Source of the DNA: Lepidodermella squamata | Taxonomy: Eukaryota; Animalia; Gastrotricha | Reading direction: 5' to 3' | NCBI GenBank assembly: GCA_047495785.1 | Contig: JBLDXI010000007.1 | Coordinates: forward strand, 1,674,001 to 1,738,000 | Length of the DNA stretch: 64,000 bases | Part shown: in pieces, positions 1-12,198 of the stretch | How positions within the stretch are numbered: the stretch's first letter is position 1 | Layout of the letters: every line of letters begins with the position of its first letter | Made by a program: the position numbers and the translations under genes | The notes under the pieces: model-generated | Seen by the model: the letters and a program-made list of their open reading frames with translations, nothing else | Told to the model about the DNA's origin: nothing | The model's database searches: none

Positions 1-474
1 CTCGAAGAGTGCCGCCAGTTCGAATTTCGCGGCGGTTCTTCGCGGTCGTTTTGTTTCTGAGAAAAGTATTACGAATCGGCAAATAACCTTCACAATCCCG
101 ATAACATCGACTTAGCCTGGTGTCATTTTATTTCGCATCTCTTTTAGAACATCTGTTCTTGTCTTATTATTTCGACTATCTATTCAACAACAGGAGCGCC
201 TTTTGTTCTGATTGTTTCTCTTCTTATTGATTTCTTTCTCCTGTAAAAAGGACCGGAAAATGACTGCTTTGAGTTAGGAAACAGACGGATAACATCTTGT
301 TGAATGCGTTCAAAAAATCCTTGAAGGAACTTAAAACAGAAAGCTACTTTACTTTTTTGCAAGCACTTGTCGTTAAAAACAACAATAAATTACGACATTT
401 TTTGTATTTATTTTTTATGTCAGCTGTGAATATATTACTAGGATTAACAGGACGAATCCAGAGTTCAGATTTCT

Positions 475-2018
475 TCATTTACAGCCATTCGCCGAGCAAA
501 CAGCTAATCTGGGAAAAGGATAGAGGAATAGTTATGATCCTGAAGAAAGAACTGCTCACATTCAATCCCTCAAGTTGAAAGAGATAAGCATTCATTTGTT
601 AAATTGTTGTATTCACTTACTGTTGAAGCAATCTGGGCCCGTCCATCCTGCTTTGCAATCGCAAGTTCCAGGAGCTTTACAGCTGCCTCGGTTTTCGCAA
701 TTCTTGCAGTTAGCTGTTCATTCAATGGGTAACAATGAATTCCTACTAAATTGATCTTACGCATGGTGCAATCGGGTGGCAGCCAATTATTGCTGCAATT
801 GCATCGATTCGGTCGAACGCAAGTGCCACCGTTCGAGCAGCCAGTAGGACACAATGCTAAAAAGGGGATATCGAATTAAAGAATAAATAAACCTTTATGG
901 TTCCGCACGCGTTTCACACTGGCTACCAATCCAGCCTGGAGAACATCTGCAGGTACTATTAGGGCTGACGCAGCTACCACCAAGACCACAAGGTGGCGAG
1001 CAGATGGCTATTCAGATAACATAAGCTGGGAATTATTTTTAATAACCATGAAAACTAACGGACAGAACAATCCCAACCTATCCAACCGTCTTGGCAAGTG
1101 CAACGATACCCACCCATAGCGTTCAAGTCTCCGACGCAACTGCCAGCGATGCATTTTGAAGGGCAGGTGATCTCTGAAATCACTCTCAAAAACAGTTGAG
1201 AATATGCGAAATTTGAAGATTACGGTTGATAAGTTGACACTGTGATCGTAAAGTGGCAAGCTCCGCCTGGCTCAGCGCTGTGTTGAATACTGAAACACAG
1301 GCGTAAAGATTGTTGAACCCGCCGTCCAAAACACTTCCGTAGCTAAACAAGAGGTTTTTATGCATTTAGCAGTAGGTTTCTGTTAACAGTTCACATACCG
1401 CCTGCCCATAAGCAATGTATCTGCCAGTGGTGGTAAAGCAGCCTTTACCAGGGGCGAGCTGAACACATCATCGCAAACAGCCGTGATGGTTCTATTCGCT
1501 GCATTGAATGTAAACGCGACAAAACGCCAGTCGGAAAAGTCGCAAGGTAGTTGTAAGTAGGGCGTACTCCCGGCATACGCGCCTAAAAGGTTTGGATAAA
1601 GGCTATTCAGATTAGACGCATTGAATCGCCATAGAATCGAAAAATAGCTTGTTCCATTGGCGAATTCAAATATTTGCGCCCTCGATTTTATGATGGCATG
1701 ACCAGCCACAGTAAAAGAAGTCAGGGCGAGAAAGCCGGGCGATTTCGTCTCGAACCAACTCGTGTTGTCAGCTTTATTCGTCTCATATGCAGTATTCGGC
1801 ATTCCAAACGGTCCAGCAGCCAATACTGGGGCCGTTGTTTGGAAAGTCGCGTCTATCTTGTTGTCAGAAATGTCGCGAAAGCCGAACAAATTGTTCATTG
1901 GCCAATAAAGCAAAGGTGTCGGTAAAGCGGCGAAGTTGGATCGCACTTGTGCCAGATATTCCTGAGACTCTGTCGACGAGACCAGAGCTTCCAACAGTAT
2001 AACTAGTACGGTTAACAT
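475..2018 (-). CDS. Secreted protein with LamG/concanavalin-like domain followed by at least 3 EGF-like repeats (multi-exon, 3' end uncertain or truncated)
   Basis: Hydrophobic N-terminus MLTVLVILLEALVSS. LamG-like motifs (LLYWPMN, SFTVAGH, WRFVAFTFN, VFNTALSQAEL). Three single-exon EGF repeats, e.g. CPTGCSNGGTCVRPNRCNCSNNWLPPDC, separated by short GT-AG introns. A possible fourth EGF start (PVCSANGCK*) ends at 475. Confidence 0.7.
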
Positions 2019-2403
2019 TTTTACACAAGAAAGGTGCTCTTTTAGTGAATACGGAGCAGCTTATTGTCGTAAAATGTTGGTCTTCATTGATTTTAGGATA
2101 TTGACAGGGTAGTTGTGATAGTTGCGTTGTCAAATCTGTACGGAGTTCACTGGTCGCAAGACGCGCACGGTTCAAAACTACTAGCTTTTCTTAAAAAATG
2201 AGTCGGCTTCACAGCGGAATAATATGATTTCCGCAAAAAGGCTAAAAAAACCCCGAACTGTAGCAAAACCGTCAGAACATTTCGATCGGCGACATCAATG
2301 AAATTTCCCAAATGCTTTGGTGCAACATAGTATAACACGAATTTCGACGATGAAAGAGCATATAGAATAGACTCATTGTATATGTGAACGATTTATTTCA
2401 AGT

Positions 2404-3637
2404 TCACTGGTCATCATTCAGGTTGATCTTCACATTGAAACTTGTCGACGCTTCATCTTTGCTCTGTGAATTCGAACTATTTCGCTTTCTATCTCTCTTA
2501 TAACACAAGCTCTTTAACCTTTGCCAACTGTCAGAACTCAAACTCTGAATTAGAGGAACAATAGCGTTCTCTAGCATAAATATCAGAACTGAATTCTTTA
2601 ACATCCCAGGCGAGACAATTTGCGGCCCCAAGGTTTTGTAAAACATTACAAGAATCATGGTGATCAGCAAGGGTATATGTGACAGACTGTAGGCGAACAA
2701 TGATACAATAGCTTGATTCATATAGAAAATCTCCCGTTTTTGCCACTTCACCGTTGCTCTATTCAGCTGCAATTTGACCCGCCGAATGTGGCGGAATATT
2801 ATCCTAATAAAAAGCCAAGAAGCATTTCTGCAAGGAATCACATATATTCTTTAAATATACTTACAAATAATTGTAAGAAATGGCAACGGTCGGTAGAAGA
2901 ACCACGAAAATTGCAAAGTAGCAAGCTGCTAAGGTATATGTTCCATATTCCTTATAGATTTTGTGGTCGAAAATGCCGCAAACTGTTGCTATTCTGCCGT
3001 CAGATAGTTGTGCGCCCTCCGCAGTTAGCACATCGAAAGGATAGAAAGTAAATGAAGAGAAAAATAGGAAACCGATTAAGAAAGATGCAACAACTAAAAT
3101 CAGCACCTAACAATGGATAACTTTAGGGTCAGAATTGAACATTGGAATCTTTTATCTTACTCTTGCAGTTTGAGCCGGAGGATTAGGAACAGTAGATGTC
3201 AAGCAAAGCCGCCGTTCGTAGCTAATTATGACGAAAATCCAAGTAGTCTGGCATCCCAAGGCCGCGTCGAGCAGCAAAACAATCTGGCATGACAATTTAC
3301 CATTTTCCCAAAAGCCCTTTGGCGTTGTAGCCGCGAGTGCGAGAGTCTGAATTATGCAAAACAAGGCTGAACTGAAACCAAGAATAGCTGTTAGCAGAAG
3401 GAAATCACGCCGCACATCTCTTTTGTAGTAAACCACGAAATTCGTGACATTTCCGGCTATTACAAAAATTGTCATGAAAGCGTAGGCCAGGTTGTAATAA
3501 AGCCTTTCCTGGACCGTTTTTGCCCCTAGGTCATGGTACCAGCCGATGAAGTAAGGCCTCGTTTCGTTGAAGCCACGTTCGGGGAAGTAGCCGTAAACCC
3601 ATGACTTTCCGATGTAATTCAAGGTGTCAGAAGCCAT
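2404..3637 (-). CDS. Divergent class A (rhodopsin-like) 7TM receptor, copy 1, 3 exons
   Basis: Seven hydrophobic segments across three ORFs. W..G.LSC before TM3, SYERR at the DRY position, ECL2 Cys, SHIP in TM6, VPLIQ at the NPxxY position. Intron 3160-3107. Confidence 0.85.
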
Positions 3638-4420
3638 TATCTCATGTCATAAAAAGACCTGTTGCTGATTGGTCGAAAGCTATTTTTCATTTTTAAAACG
3701 TGGGCATGTTAATCGTATTTTGCATTGTTTGCAGAGCGTATAGAGCAAAATAGCGAGCTCATCGCTCGTAGCAGGTATACAGAGCAATCAATTGAAATCA
3801 ATGGAATATTATTGCTGCACTGAGCAACGATTTATTGGCACTTGGTCAGTTTTAGCATGAAAAATCGATCGTCGGGTGTGAAATTAAAATCGCTGTAATG
3901 GAAAATATCCTAAATTGATTAGGATTAGCTCTATCAAAAAGTGCTCTCATAAATATTAAGGTTCTTATCGGCTGCTCAATATATTATTCGCAGAAGCTAC
4001 TGTAAGTCGATGAGATGCGCGGCTAGTAAAAAATGCCAATACTTGATTTATCATCAAGACGGCCATCACTCTGTATTTACAAGTTATTGATTTGGATGGA
4101 GTGAGCTGGATGGATTTAATCAGTCAGAAAATAGCCGGATGTTTTAATTAAGGAATGAAATGTTGCCGATAATATCTCTTTAGCCAACTCTAGCCCTGAA
4201 ATTCGCGTTTGTTTAGTTGATTCACTCATTCAACTGATCCCTAGCTTATGACGGTTTGAACCTTTCTTCCTTAAATCTCGAAACGTGGGAATGATCAAAA
4301 TCAACATGTAATTCTACAATGAAAGAGAAGATGAAATTAATTAATGAATTGAACGAATTAATGAAATTTATTGTGAATGATTTATTTCTCTTTTCTTCAC
4401 CTCTCTCTGAAAATTGAATA

Positions 4421-5663
4421 TTAGTAGTGTGCTGGCACAGTTTGTTGATCATCGTCTTTAAGGTTAGTTGTCACATTGAAACTGGTCGACGCTTCGTCCT
4501 TGCTCTGTAAATTCGTACTATTTCGCTTTCTATCTCTCTTATAACACAAGCTCTTTAACCTTCGCCAGCTATCAGAACTCAAACTCTGAATTAGAGGAAC
4601 AATAGCGTTCTCTAGCATAAATATCAGAATTGAATTCTTCAACATCCCAGGCGAGACGATTTGCGGTCCCAAGGTGTTGTGAAGCATGACCAGAGCCATC
4701 GTGATTAGCAGGGGTACGTGAGACAGGCTGTAGGCAATGAGCGATAGAATAGTTTGATTCAGGTAGAAAATCTCTCGTTTTTGCCACTTCACCGTTGCTC
4801 CATTCAGCTGCATTTTGATGCGCCGAATGTGGCGGAATATTATCCTAATAAAAAGCATAGAAACATTTCTCAAAATATTCTAAAAAATTACGAGTAATTG
4901 TAAGCAATGACAGCAGTCGGTAGTAACACCACGATAATTGCGAAGTAGCAAGCTATTAAGGTGGATGTTCCATATTGATCGTAGATTTTGTGGTCGAAAA
5001 AGCCGCAAACGGTTGCAATTCTGCCGTCAGAGAGTTTGGCAATCTCAACAGTTAGCGCATCGACTGGATAAAATGTGACTGAGGTGAAAAATGAGAACCC
5101 AATTAAGAACGAGACAAAGACTAAAATCAGCACCTTGAGATGGAAAAACAGGCTAAGAATGTAACATTTTGAATCATCGTTCTTACCCGGGCAGTTTGAG
5201 CAGGAGGATTAGGAACAGTAGATGTCAAGCAAAGCCGCCGTTCGTAGCTAATTATTACGAAGATCCAGGTAGTCTGGCATCCCAATGCAGAGTTCAGCAG
5301 CATAACAATCTGACATGACAACTTCCCATTCTCCCAATAGCCACTTGGCGTTGTCGCTGTGAGGGCGAGAGTCTGATTTAAGCAAAACAGAGCTGAACAG
5401 AAACCGAGAATGGCTGTCAGCAGTAAGAAATCACGCCGCACATCTCGCTTGTAGTAAACCACGAAGTTCGTGAGATTCCCGGCTATAACAAACACTGTCA
5501 TAAAGGCGTATGCCAAGTTGAAATATAGCCTTTCCTGGACAGTTGTTGCCCCTAGATCGTGGTACCAGCCGATGAAGTAAGGCCTTGTTTCATTAAAGCC
5601 ACGTTCGGGGAAGTAGCCGTAAACCCATGACTTTCCGATGTAGTTCGAGGTATTGTGAATCAT
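4421..5663 (-). CDS. Divergent class A 7TM receptor, copy 2, 3 exons (recent tandem duplicate of copy 1)
   Basis: Protein nearly identical to copy 1 with the same intron positions (5186-5134). Upstream non-coding DNA is also duplicated (about 3670-4180 vs 5690-6250). Confidence 0.85.
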
Positions 5664-6863
5664 TTTTTCATTTTAGCTTTTGCAGAAAAATCGAAAGCTA
5701 TTTCTCTTTATACAGCATGGTGTAAAATAATCGTATTTTACATTGTTTGCAGAGCGTGTAGTAATGTGTGTAATGTAGTGAGCTCATCGCTTGGAGCAGG
5801 ATTACAGAGCAATAGATTGTAATGAAAACAAAACACTTGAAATCGATGGAATATTATTGCTGCACTGAGCAACGATTTTTTAGCAGGCAGTTGGTCAGTT
5901 ATAGCATGAAAAATCGATCACGGGGTGTGAAATTATAATCGTTGTAATGCGCTGCTCCAATTGTAAAATCTTGAAATGATTATGATTATCACTATCAACA
6001 AGTACTCGCACGTTATGGATCTTCTCGGCTATTCCATGGGTAATTCGTGAAGGCTACTGTATGTAGAGTCGACGAGATGCGTGGCTAGTAAAAAATGCCA
6101 ATACTAGATTTAACATAAACATGGCCGCTCCTCAGTACTAACATTAATTTATTGATCTGGAGCGCACATGATCTGGAAAGATTTAATCAGTCAGTAACAC
6201 ACTATTCTCCAATTAAAATGAAATGATGCCGAAAATATTTACTTCGCCCAACAGACAAAGAACTCAAAACTGGAAAAAGTAAAACTTCGCAATTGTTAGA
6301 AATTTCAGTTCTGCCCGAATTGTTGGGGCTGTCCTTTTTCAAACCAAGTCTAAATACCCGTCTTTATATTTGAGACCGCCCTATTTTGAAGGTTGACCGT
6401 TATTATTTCGAATCTTTCTCGGCTCATCACAAATCGTCATACGACGCTTTCAGTCGCCTCTGAATGGATTATCGAATGGATTACGCCATTCGTTTTCCAT
6501 TTCCGGCACACTGTTCTGGCAAGTCGCGATATGATCGTCTTAAATGACAAAAAGAGCCCTGTCGTGTCGCTATAAAAAGACTGGTGTAAATAGTATTCTG
6601 AATTATTGTAATTCTGTAATTTTGTGAATTTTGTTGAGTTATGTACCAACAAACTTGGCTTGGAGGAGCTAAGATGGTCGAGTGCTTATGGTGAGTCACC
6701 ACCAAAGCAGGCGGCCATGAACGTGACTCGATCTGCGTCGCAATCACCACGTGGCGGTCATCTTATAGTTGTTATTTTATTTCCGCATCGAAATATTCAA
6801 TATAACAAAACTGTCGAAACTGTGGTCGAGCTGAAGTCATTCGTTACCTGTTATTTGTCCTAA

Positions 6864-7492
6864 GCAAGACTCCCTACACTGACCATCGTTTCGGCGGCGA
6901 GGAATGGACCAAGACGATTAAGGCTACAATGCCATTGGGCCAAGTTCCTACCCTCGAGGTCACTAAGGACGGCAAAACGTTTCACATTGTTCAAGGCGGG
7001 GCCATTGCCCGCTATGTTGGCCGAGTAACTGGTATGGCTGGAAAATCGCCCGAAGAGACAGCTAGACGAAGCCTTCGAAAGCCTACGAGAACTTTTGGAC
7101 TTCTTCGGGAAAGTTTATGGTGAAAGCGATGCGGAGAAGAAAGCCAAGTTGGTAACGCAGTTTACGGAAGAATCGATTCCTCGCATTCTCGGGTTCTTGG
7201 AACGTCGCGTCAAAGAGAACGGCGGTAGAAACCTTGCCGGTGGTGACGGGGTAAATCAATTCTTTTTTCATTCCTTTAACTGAAAATTTTCGAGTTTTTG
7301 TTTATTTTAGTACACTTATGCTGACGCTTTTTTGCCACAAATTTACCATGCTTCACCACGGGACAAAATTGTGGATGCCCAGAAAATATGGGAGAAATTT
7401 CCATTGCTAACTGATCTGGCCAAGGTTATCAATGAGTCGCCGCAGGAAATTTCAGCCTACATCGCCACTCGTGACAACAACACTCCGTTTTA
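6864..7492 (+). pseudogene. Sigma-like glutathione S-transferase pseudogene (5' end missing, frameshift near 7064)
   Basis: KTPYTDHRFGGEEW..MPLGQVPTLEV..QGGAIARY, then the frame changes to DEAFESLRELLDFF. Intron 7251-7310, then YTYADAF..YIATRDNNTPF*. No N-terminal catalytic exon found upstream. Confidence 0.8.
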
Positions 7493-7529
7493 GCGGCGCA
7501 TGCTGACGAGCTATACACGATCTTGCTTG

Positions 7530-7567
7530 AATAATAAGAAATAAGAATAAAGAATAAAGAATAAAGA
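7530..7567 (+). repeat. Short (AATAAAG)n tandem repeat
   Basis: aataagaaataagaataaagaataaagaataaag. Confidence 0.7.
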
Positions 7568-7903
7568 TATGCAATATTTTTAAGGTAGCGTTTTTTTTCT
7601 TTCGGTCACGCTTATTTTATTTGACCCATACCGTCCTTAGGTACCGTCATTCGGGACTATCCCAAGATAAGGGGTGACACGTTCCTTCAAGCAGTATAGA
7701 ATGATTAGGCATACTCGAAAACTAAGAAGTCGATAGAGTTTTGCAGGGAGATACCTCGATAGATATATGCGATTGATAGGGACTAACAAAAGTATGGGCT
7801 CGAAACTAGCGGAAAAGTCAACAAATCGAGGCAAAAAATCATATTTTCAAACAAAATCCAAACAAGATAGAGTCATACAAATTCAATGATGAGAGATGGA
7901 AAG

Positions 7904-9114
7904 TCATGCACGGTGTAAGAACGGGAAAACGGTTGTCTTGCGGCAGCGAAGCATCTTGAAAAGACGTTTTAGATCATCGATAAAGCTAGGTTTCAAACAC
8001 TGGATAACAGGCGCAATAGCCATCTCGATCGAGTAAGCCAGAAAACACATCTGATGAGCTGTTGATGATAGGTAATCTGGTCCAGCGCCGTTCCAGAGTA
8101 GTAGGCAGATCAAACTAAAGGTTAGCGGAATGTGGAAAAGCGAGAAAGCCCCAAAGGACACCAACGACTGGTACATGTAGAACATTTCAAGCCGCTGCCA
8201 GTTAGCCAAAAGGGCTTGAGGACGAACAATTGAACTCAAGCTTGGTGATACCGTCCCAGTTCTGTTCTTTGAGATCAAATCATTCTTGAAAGCCCGAAAT
8301 TTGCGGAATATTTGCCTGTAAAGAAATATAATTGATTTACATTAGACTAGTCTGGCTCCAGTTATTTGAATACTCACCAATAATTAATTGCGATTACGTT
8401 ATTAGGAATGACAACTGAAAGCATTGCAAAGTAAATGACAAGCAGTAGTGATGTGTCGATGTTTCCGATAAGCTTGTGGGTAAATACGCCGCAAAACAAA
8501 ACTTCGGTACCGTTAGCTATCCACGGGACTGTAGCATACTCTGCCGTAGCACTATCGAATGGATAAAACGTGACAGTTCCAAACACGATGAAGCCTAACA
8601 GGATAGATAGAAATGCCATCACCGTAACCTTTCTAGTATTTGCCGTTGTATGAGAATTGTTGGATAAGAGACATAGGCGGCGCTCGTAACTGATAAGCAT
8701 GAAGATCCAAGTTGATTGACAGCCCAGAGTCGACATGACCAGAGAAATTCCGGGACATAACCAACTTGGGGCTTCCCAATAACCACTTCGAACAGGTATC
8801 CACAGGGCTATACATATCCCAACAGCGTGAAATATCGACACAGCAGCAAGAATCGCGGTTAGAACTAAGAAATCACGGCGGACTTTGCGCTTGTAGTAAG
8901 TAACCACGTTCACAACGCTCGTAGCAATCACGAGGATGGTCACGATGAGGTAGATTATCGGGAACATAGCGCGTTCCTCTATAGTCCGTCCGCCTAAATC
9001 GTGGAACCATCCGACGAAGAATGGTCTGGATTCATTATAGCCCCGCCTGGAGCTCGAAGCAAGAACCCATGCTTCATTTATGTAAGCACGCTTCTCAAAG
9101 CTAAGGCTGCTCAT
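7904..9114 (-). CDS. Divergent class A 7TM receptor, copy 3, 2 exons
   Basis: Same family motifs (RGYNESRPFFVGWFHDL, SYERRLCL, FSLFHIP, EMAIAPVIQC). Single intron at about 8375-8318. Confidence 0.85.
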
Positions 9115-9592
9115 CGCTTGAAAAACAGTTTAGGATTCTACCTCTCAGTGCGCATACACAAATATGTGGACGATTTTATGCAGGATAATACGATAATACT
9201 CAACACCGTTCGCAACTAAACACCATCGTCCGTTCATCAATTTGTTATTCGCTCGATGTTTCCATTAGGACAGGCTCGATCGCAGGTGGAATTTCCTTGT
9301 TGAATGCTGACTGATTGCAAAAAGCTTCCGCTCTGGAAATTCAAACTGAATAACAAGCAACAACAAGAGAAGATCGTATCTCATACAATTTGTTCATCCC
9401 GCTGCAGTTTTTCGCGATAATCTAAATATCTGAAAGACGTTTCTTGACACCTGCATTTAAGCAGCTTGAAATCTCTTTCGGATGACCCATGAAAAGTGTC
9501 ATGGATAATGAACTCAGGGTGTTTATTATCCGGCACGAATATTTCCCGTCGGCGTGCATTTGAACAGCCAGGTTAATCTTTTTCAAGCAAGT

Positions 9593-10774
9593 TCAATCAG
9601 TTTGCATTTTCGCGATGTATATAGCGGACGAAGCTGTAATGACTAGAGCACAGAAAGAAAAGCACGCCAAATCGCTGATGTTGACGGCTCTAATCAGAAA
9701 CAGTTTACGGTCCTGCTTGTGACACTTCTTTATCAAGTTGTTGTAGACATAGCAGGAAATTGAGGCATAAACTGTGATGACAGTCGCAATGCCGAGTTGA
9801 ATAGTGAAAATTATGCAAATGTAGCTCAGCTGCGAAGTTGTTGGCATTTTGCTATCTATGTTTGTTTGAAGAACCCCCAACGCTAGTTGGCAAGTCATTG
9901 CATAAGCGGACCGGTCCGAGGCATTAGCCGGAATTCCGAAAGTAGCTAACTGGAGCAGCATCAGAAAAGCCATGGGAATTACTGCTTTGTAAATGAACTG
10001 TAACGGGCGGCGTTTGAGCGTGAGGCTGAATTGGGCCGCCTCGTAAAACGCACCGCACTTCCTATTCAGAATCGCTCGACTATCAATCACGTACCACTGT
10101 GAGCTTTCCGAAGAGAACTCGATTTTCTTCGATGGACTACCAACCTGAACAGCTACACTGCCTAGTTCGAGGTCAGCGCATGACTCCATGAAGCCGAATT
10201 TGAAAATGCAAGTCTGCTCATCGAAAGGGAAGCGGAGAAAGTCGAGCGGGCAAACTGTTGTAATTGCTGGCACAGGTGGGTAGAATAGGACAACACCATC
10301 ACGCATCGCGTGGATCGAATCAAGGTCTTGTTCGTATTTCACCGTTGTATAAATGTCTTCGGCGTTGTTCATATGTATAAGCTTGGGTACCCAGTTGTTT
10401 CGGGGGCTCATAGCCAGCTCTTTGATACCTTCAAAGTCTTTGATGTCGTCCCATTTCGAGAACGGGTCCTGCCATTTGAGTAGGAAATCTGGCAGAATTG
10501 TGAGTGTTTCGCCTATTTCATCTAAAGAAATGAAAACCAGTGCTCGAAATGTTAAGTTTAGGGATATCACATCCCGTTCATTTAATCTTGGCGGGTCGCG
10601 TCCTGTCACGTGGGCATTATCCCGGCGTTGTTGTATGAGAGTGTGAAGCCTTGAAATGTTCCAGTTTGGGTTTCGAGCAAGCGCGTATTCCGCGTTGAAG
10701 AGCGCCCAAATTAGGCTGTAGTAAAGCTTCATATAAGGAGTTGAACTTTGAGACTGGTTCACGTCGTTGCGCAA
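9593..10774 (-). CDS. Intronless atypical Cys-loop ligand-gated ion channel (nAChR-like, non-alpha)
   Basis: Cys-loop CPLDFLRFPFDEQTC, LKWQDP, pre-M1 LKRRP and four TM helices. Probable start at the signal peptide MKLYYSLIWALF. No vicinal Cys in loop C. Confidence 0.9.
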   Translation of the reverse strand: MRNDVNQSQSSTPYMKLYYSLIWALFNAEYALARNPNWNISRLHTLIQQRRDNAHVTGRDPPRLNERDVISLNLTFRALVFISLDEIGETLTILPDFLLKWQDPFSKWDDIKDFEGIKELAMSPRNNWVPKLIHMNNAEDIYTTVKYEQDLDSIHAMRDGVVLFYPPVPAITTVCPLDFLRFPFDEQTCIFKFGFMESCADLELGSVAVQVGSPSKKIEFSSESSQWYVIDSRAILNRKCGAFYEAAQFSLTLKRRPLQFIYKAVIPMAFLMLLQLATFGIPANASDRSAYAMTCQLALGVLQTNIDSKMPTTSQLSYICIIFTIQLGIATVITVYASISCYVYNNLIKKCHKQDRKLFLIRAVNISDLACFSFCALVITASSAIYIAKMQTD

Positions 10775-11225
10775 AGTTATTTCAAGTTTAATCTCAGAAT
10801 AAAGTACTTTGTAGAAGTTAAATCTCCGCTGATTTTATTTGCATTCCGGTTTATTTGCAGATTCAAGCTTATTTATACAAGGCGCTCGTGTAATAGAATC
10901 TTCTTTAAATCGGGCTACTTGCTACATACTTGCTGCGTTTTCTTTCTAAATTTAGCCAAATCAGGATTCAATACACGGAAATTCCAATTACACGGTAAAA
11001 GTAAATACTGTAACGCGGCAAACTACTGCGTTCTGGTAAAACAGCCTTCACTGTAAATGATTGAGGATCCGGGCATCACGATAAAATTAACTTTATTTCC
11101 GCGCAATTTTGCTCTCAAGCCAATACATATGAAAAAGTCGTTTTGAGATCATGCAGAATGCATGAAATCAAATTATATCGGAGTTTCTCGTAAATGCAAA
11201 TCGGAAAGATATAAGGGGAATCGTT

Positions 11226-11655
11226 TTAATAATCTGTTGCGAAACAGTGATGTATTCTCAAAGGGTTAACCGCAGTCGTACGGCAACGCAACATCTTGAA
11301 AAAACGCTTGAAATCATCCGTAAAACTAGGTTTCAAACACTGAATAATCGGCGCGATGGCCATTTCGATGGTGTAAGCCAGAAAACACATCTGATGAGCT
11401 GTTGTTGATAGGTAATCTGGCCCAGTGCCGTTCCAAAGTATGAAACAAGTTAACGACATTTGTTACGATTACGAGGATGGTCACGAACATGTAGAGTATT
11501 GGGAAGGTTAAGCGCTCACCAACACTTCTTCCGCCCAAGTAGTGGACCCATCCAACAAAGAATAGTCTTGGTTCGTTGTAGCCTCGCCTCTGGCTTGTCA
11601 TTAGAACCCAGGCCTCGTTCTTGTAAGCTCGGTTTGCAAAGCTGGAGCTGTTCGT
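11226..11655 (-). pseudogene. 7TM receptor family copy 4: internally deleted pseudogene
   Basis: Start codon is ACG (11655-11653). The N-terminus and TM1 join directly, out of frame, to TM6-TM7 near 11450, so TM2-TM5 are missing. Confidence 0.85.
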
Positions 11656-12198
11656 AGCTTGAGAATGCAGTTATAATTTTGACTCTTAATGCGAAGATGA
11701 TTTAGCTGGTTTCTACTCGGATGTTGTGTTACTTTTTTTGCTTTTTTGCACCTGTATGACTTGTGCGTTATGCGCGATGTTCATAGTACGCATGCTCAGA
11801 TTGCATTGAGTGGAATTCAGACGGATGCAAAACGGTCTAATTCTCAAGAAGGCATTAGCGCACGCCCAACAAAACTTTAAATGTCGAAAACATAATCAAT
11901 ATTCAACATTTTTTAAGTTTTAGTTTGCTTCATGAACTAATGCAGTTTTCAACCTACACTGATCTGAAGACTATGAAGACTGCTAATCGTGGATCGCTGC
12001 GCGCTGTAGACTCTAGATCCTAGATCACCCGTAGCAACATGTTGATGTTGTATCATAGATTATGAACAGTTGCGGATTTCGAAGAGCAAGATTTCAGGCC
12101 GACCAGGAACGGTCTCCTAGGCTGGCCCTCCTATGACACTGTACTGTGTACATTTATTTTGTTCGAAACGTGCTTTAAAAAATAAAGAAAATGTTGTG

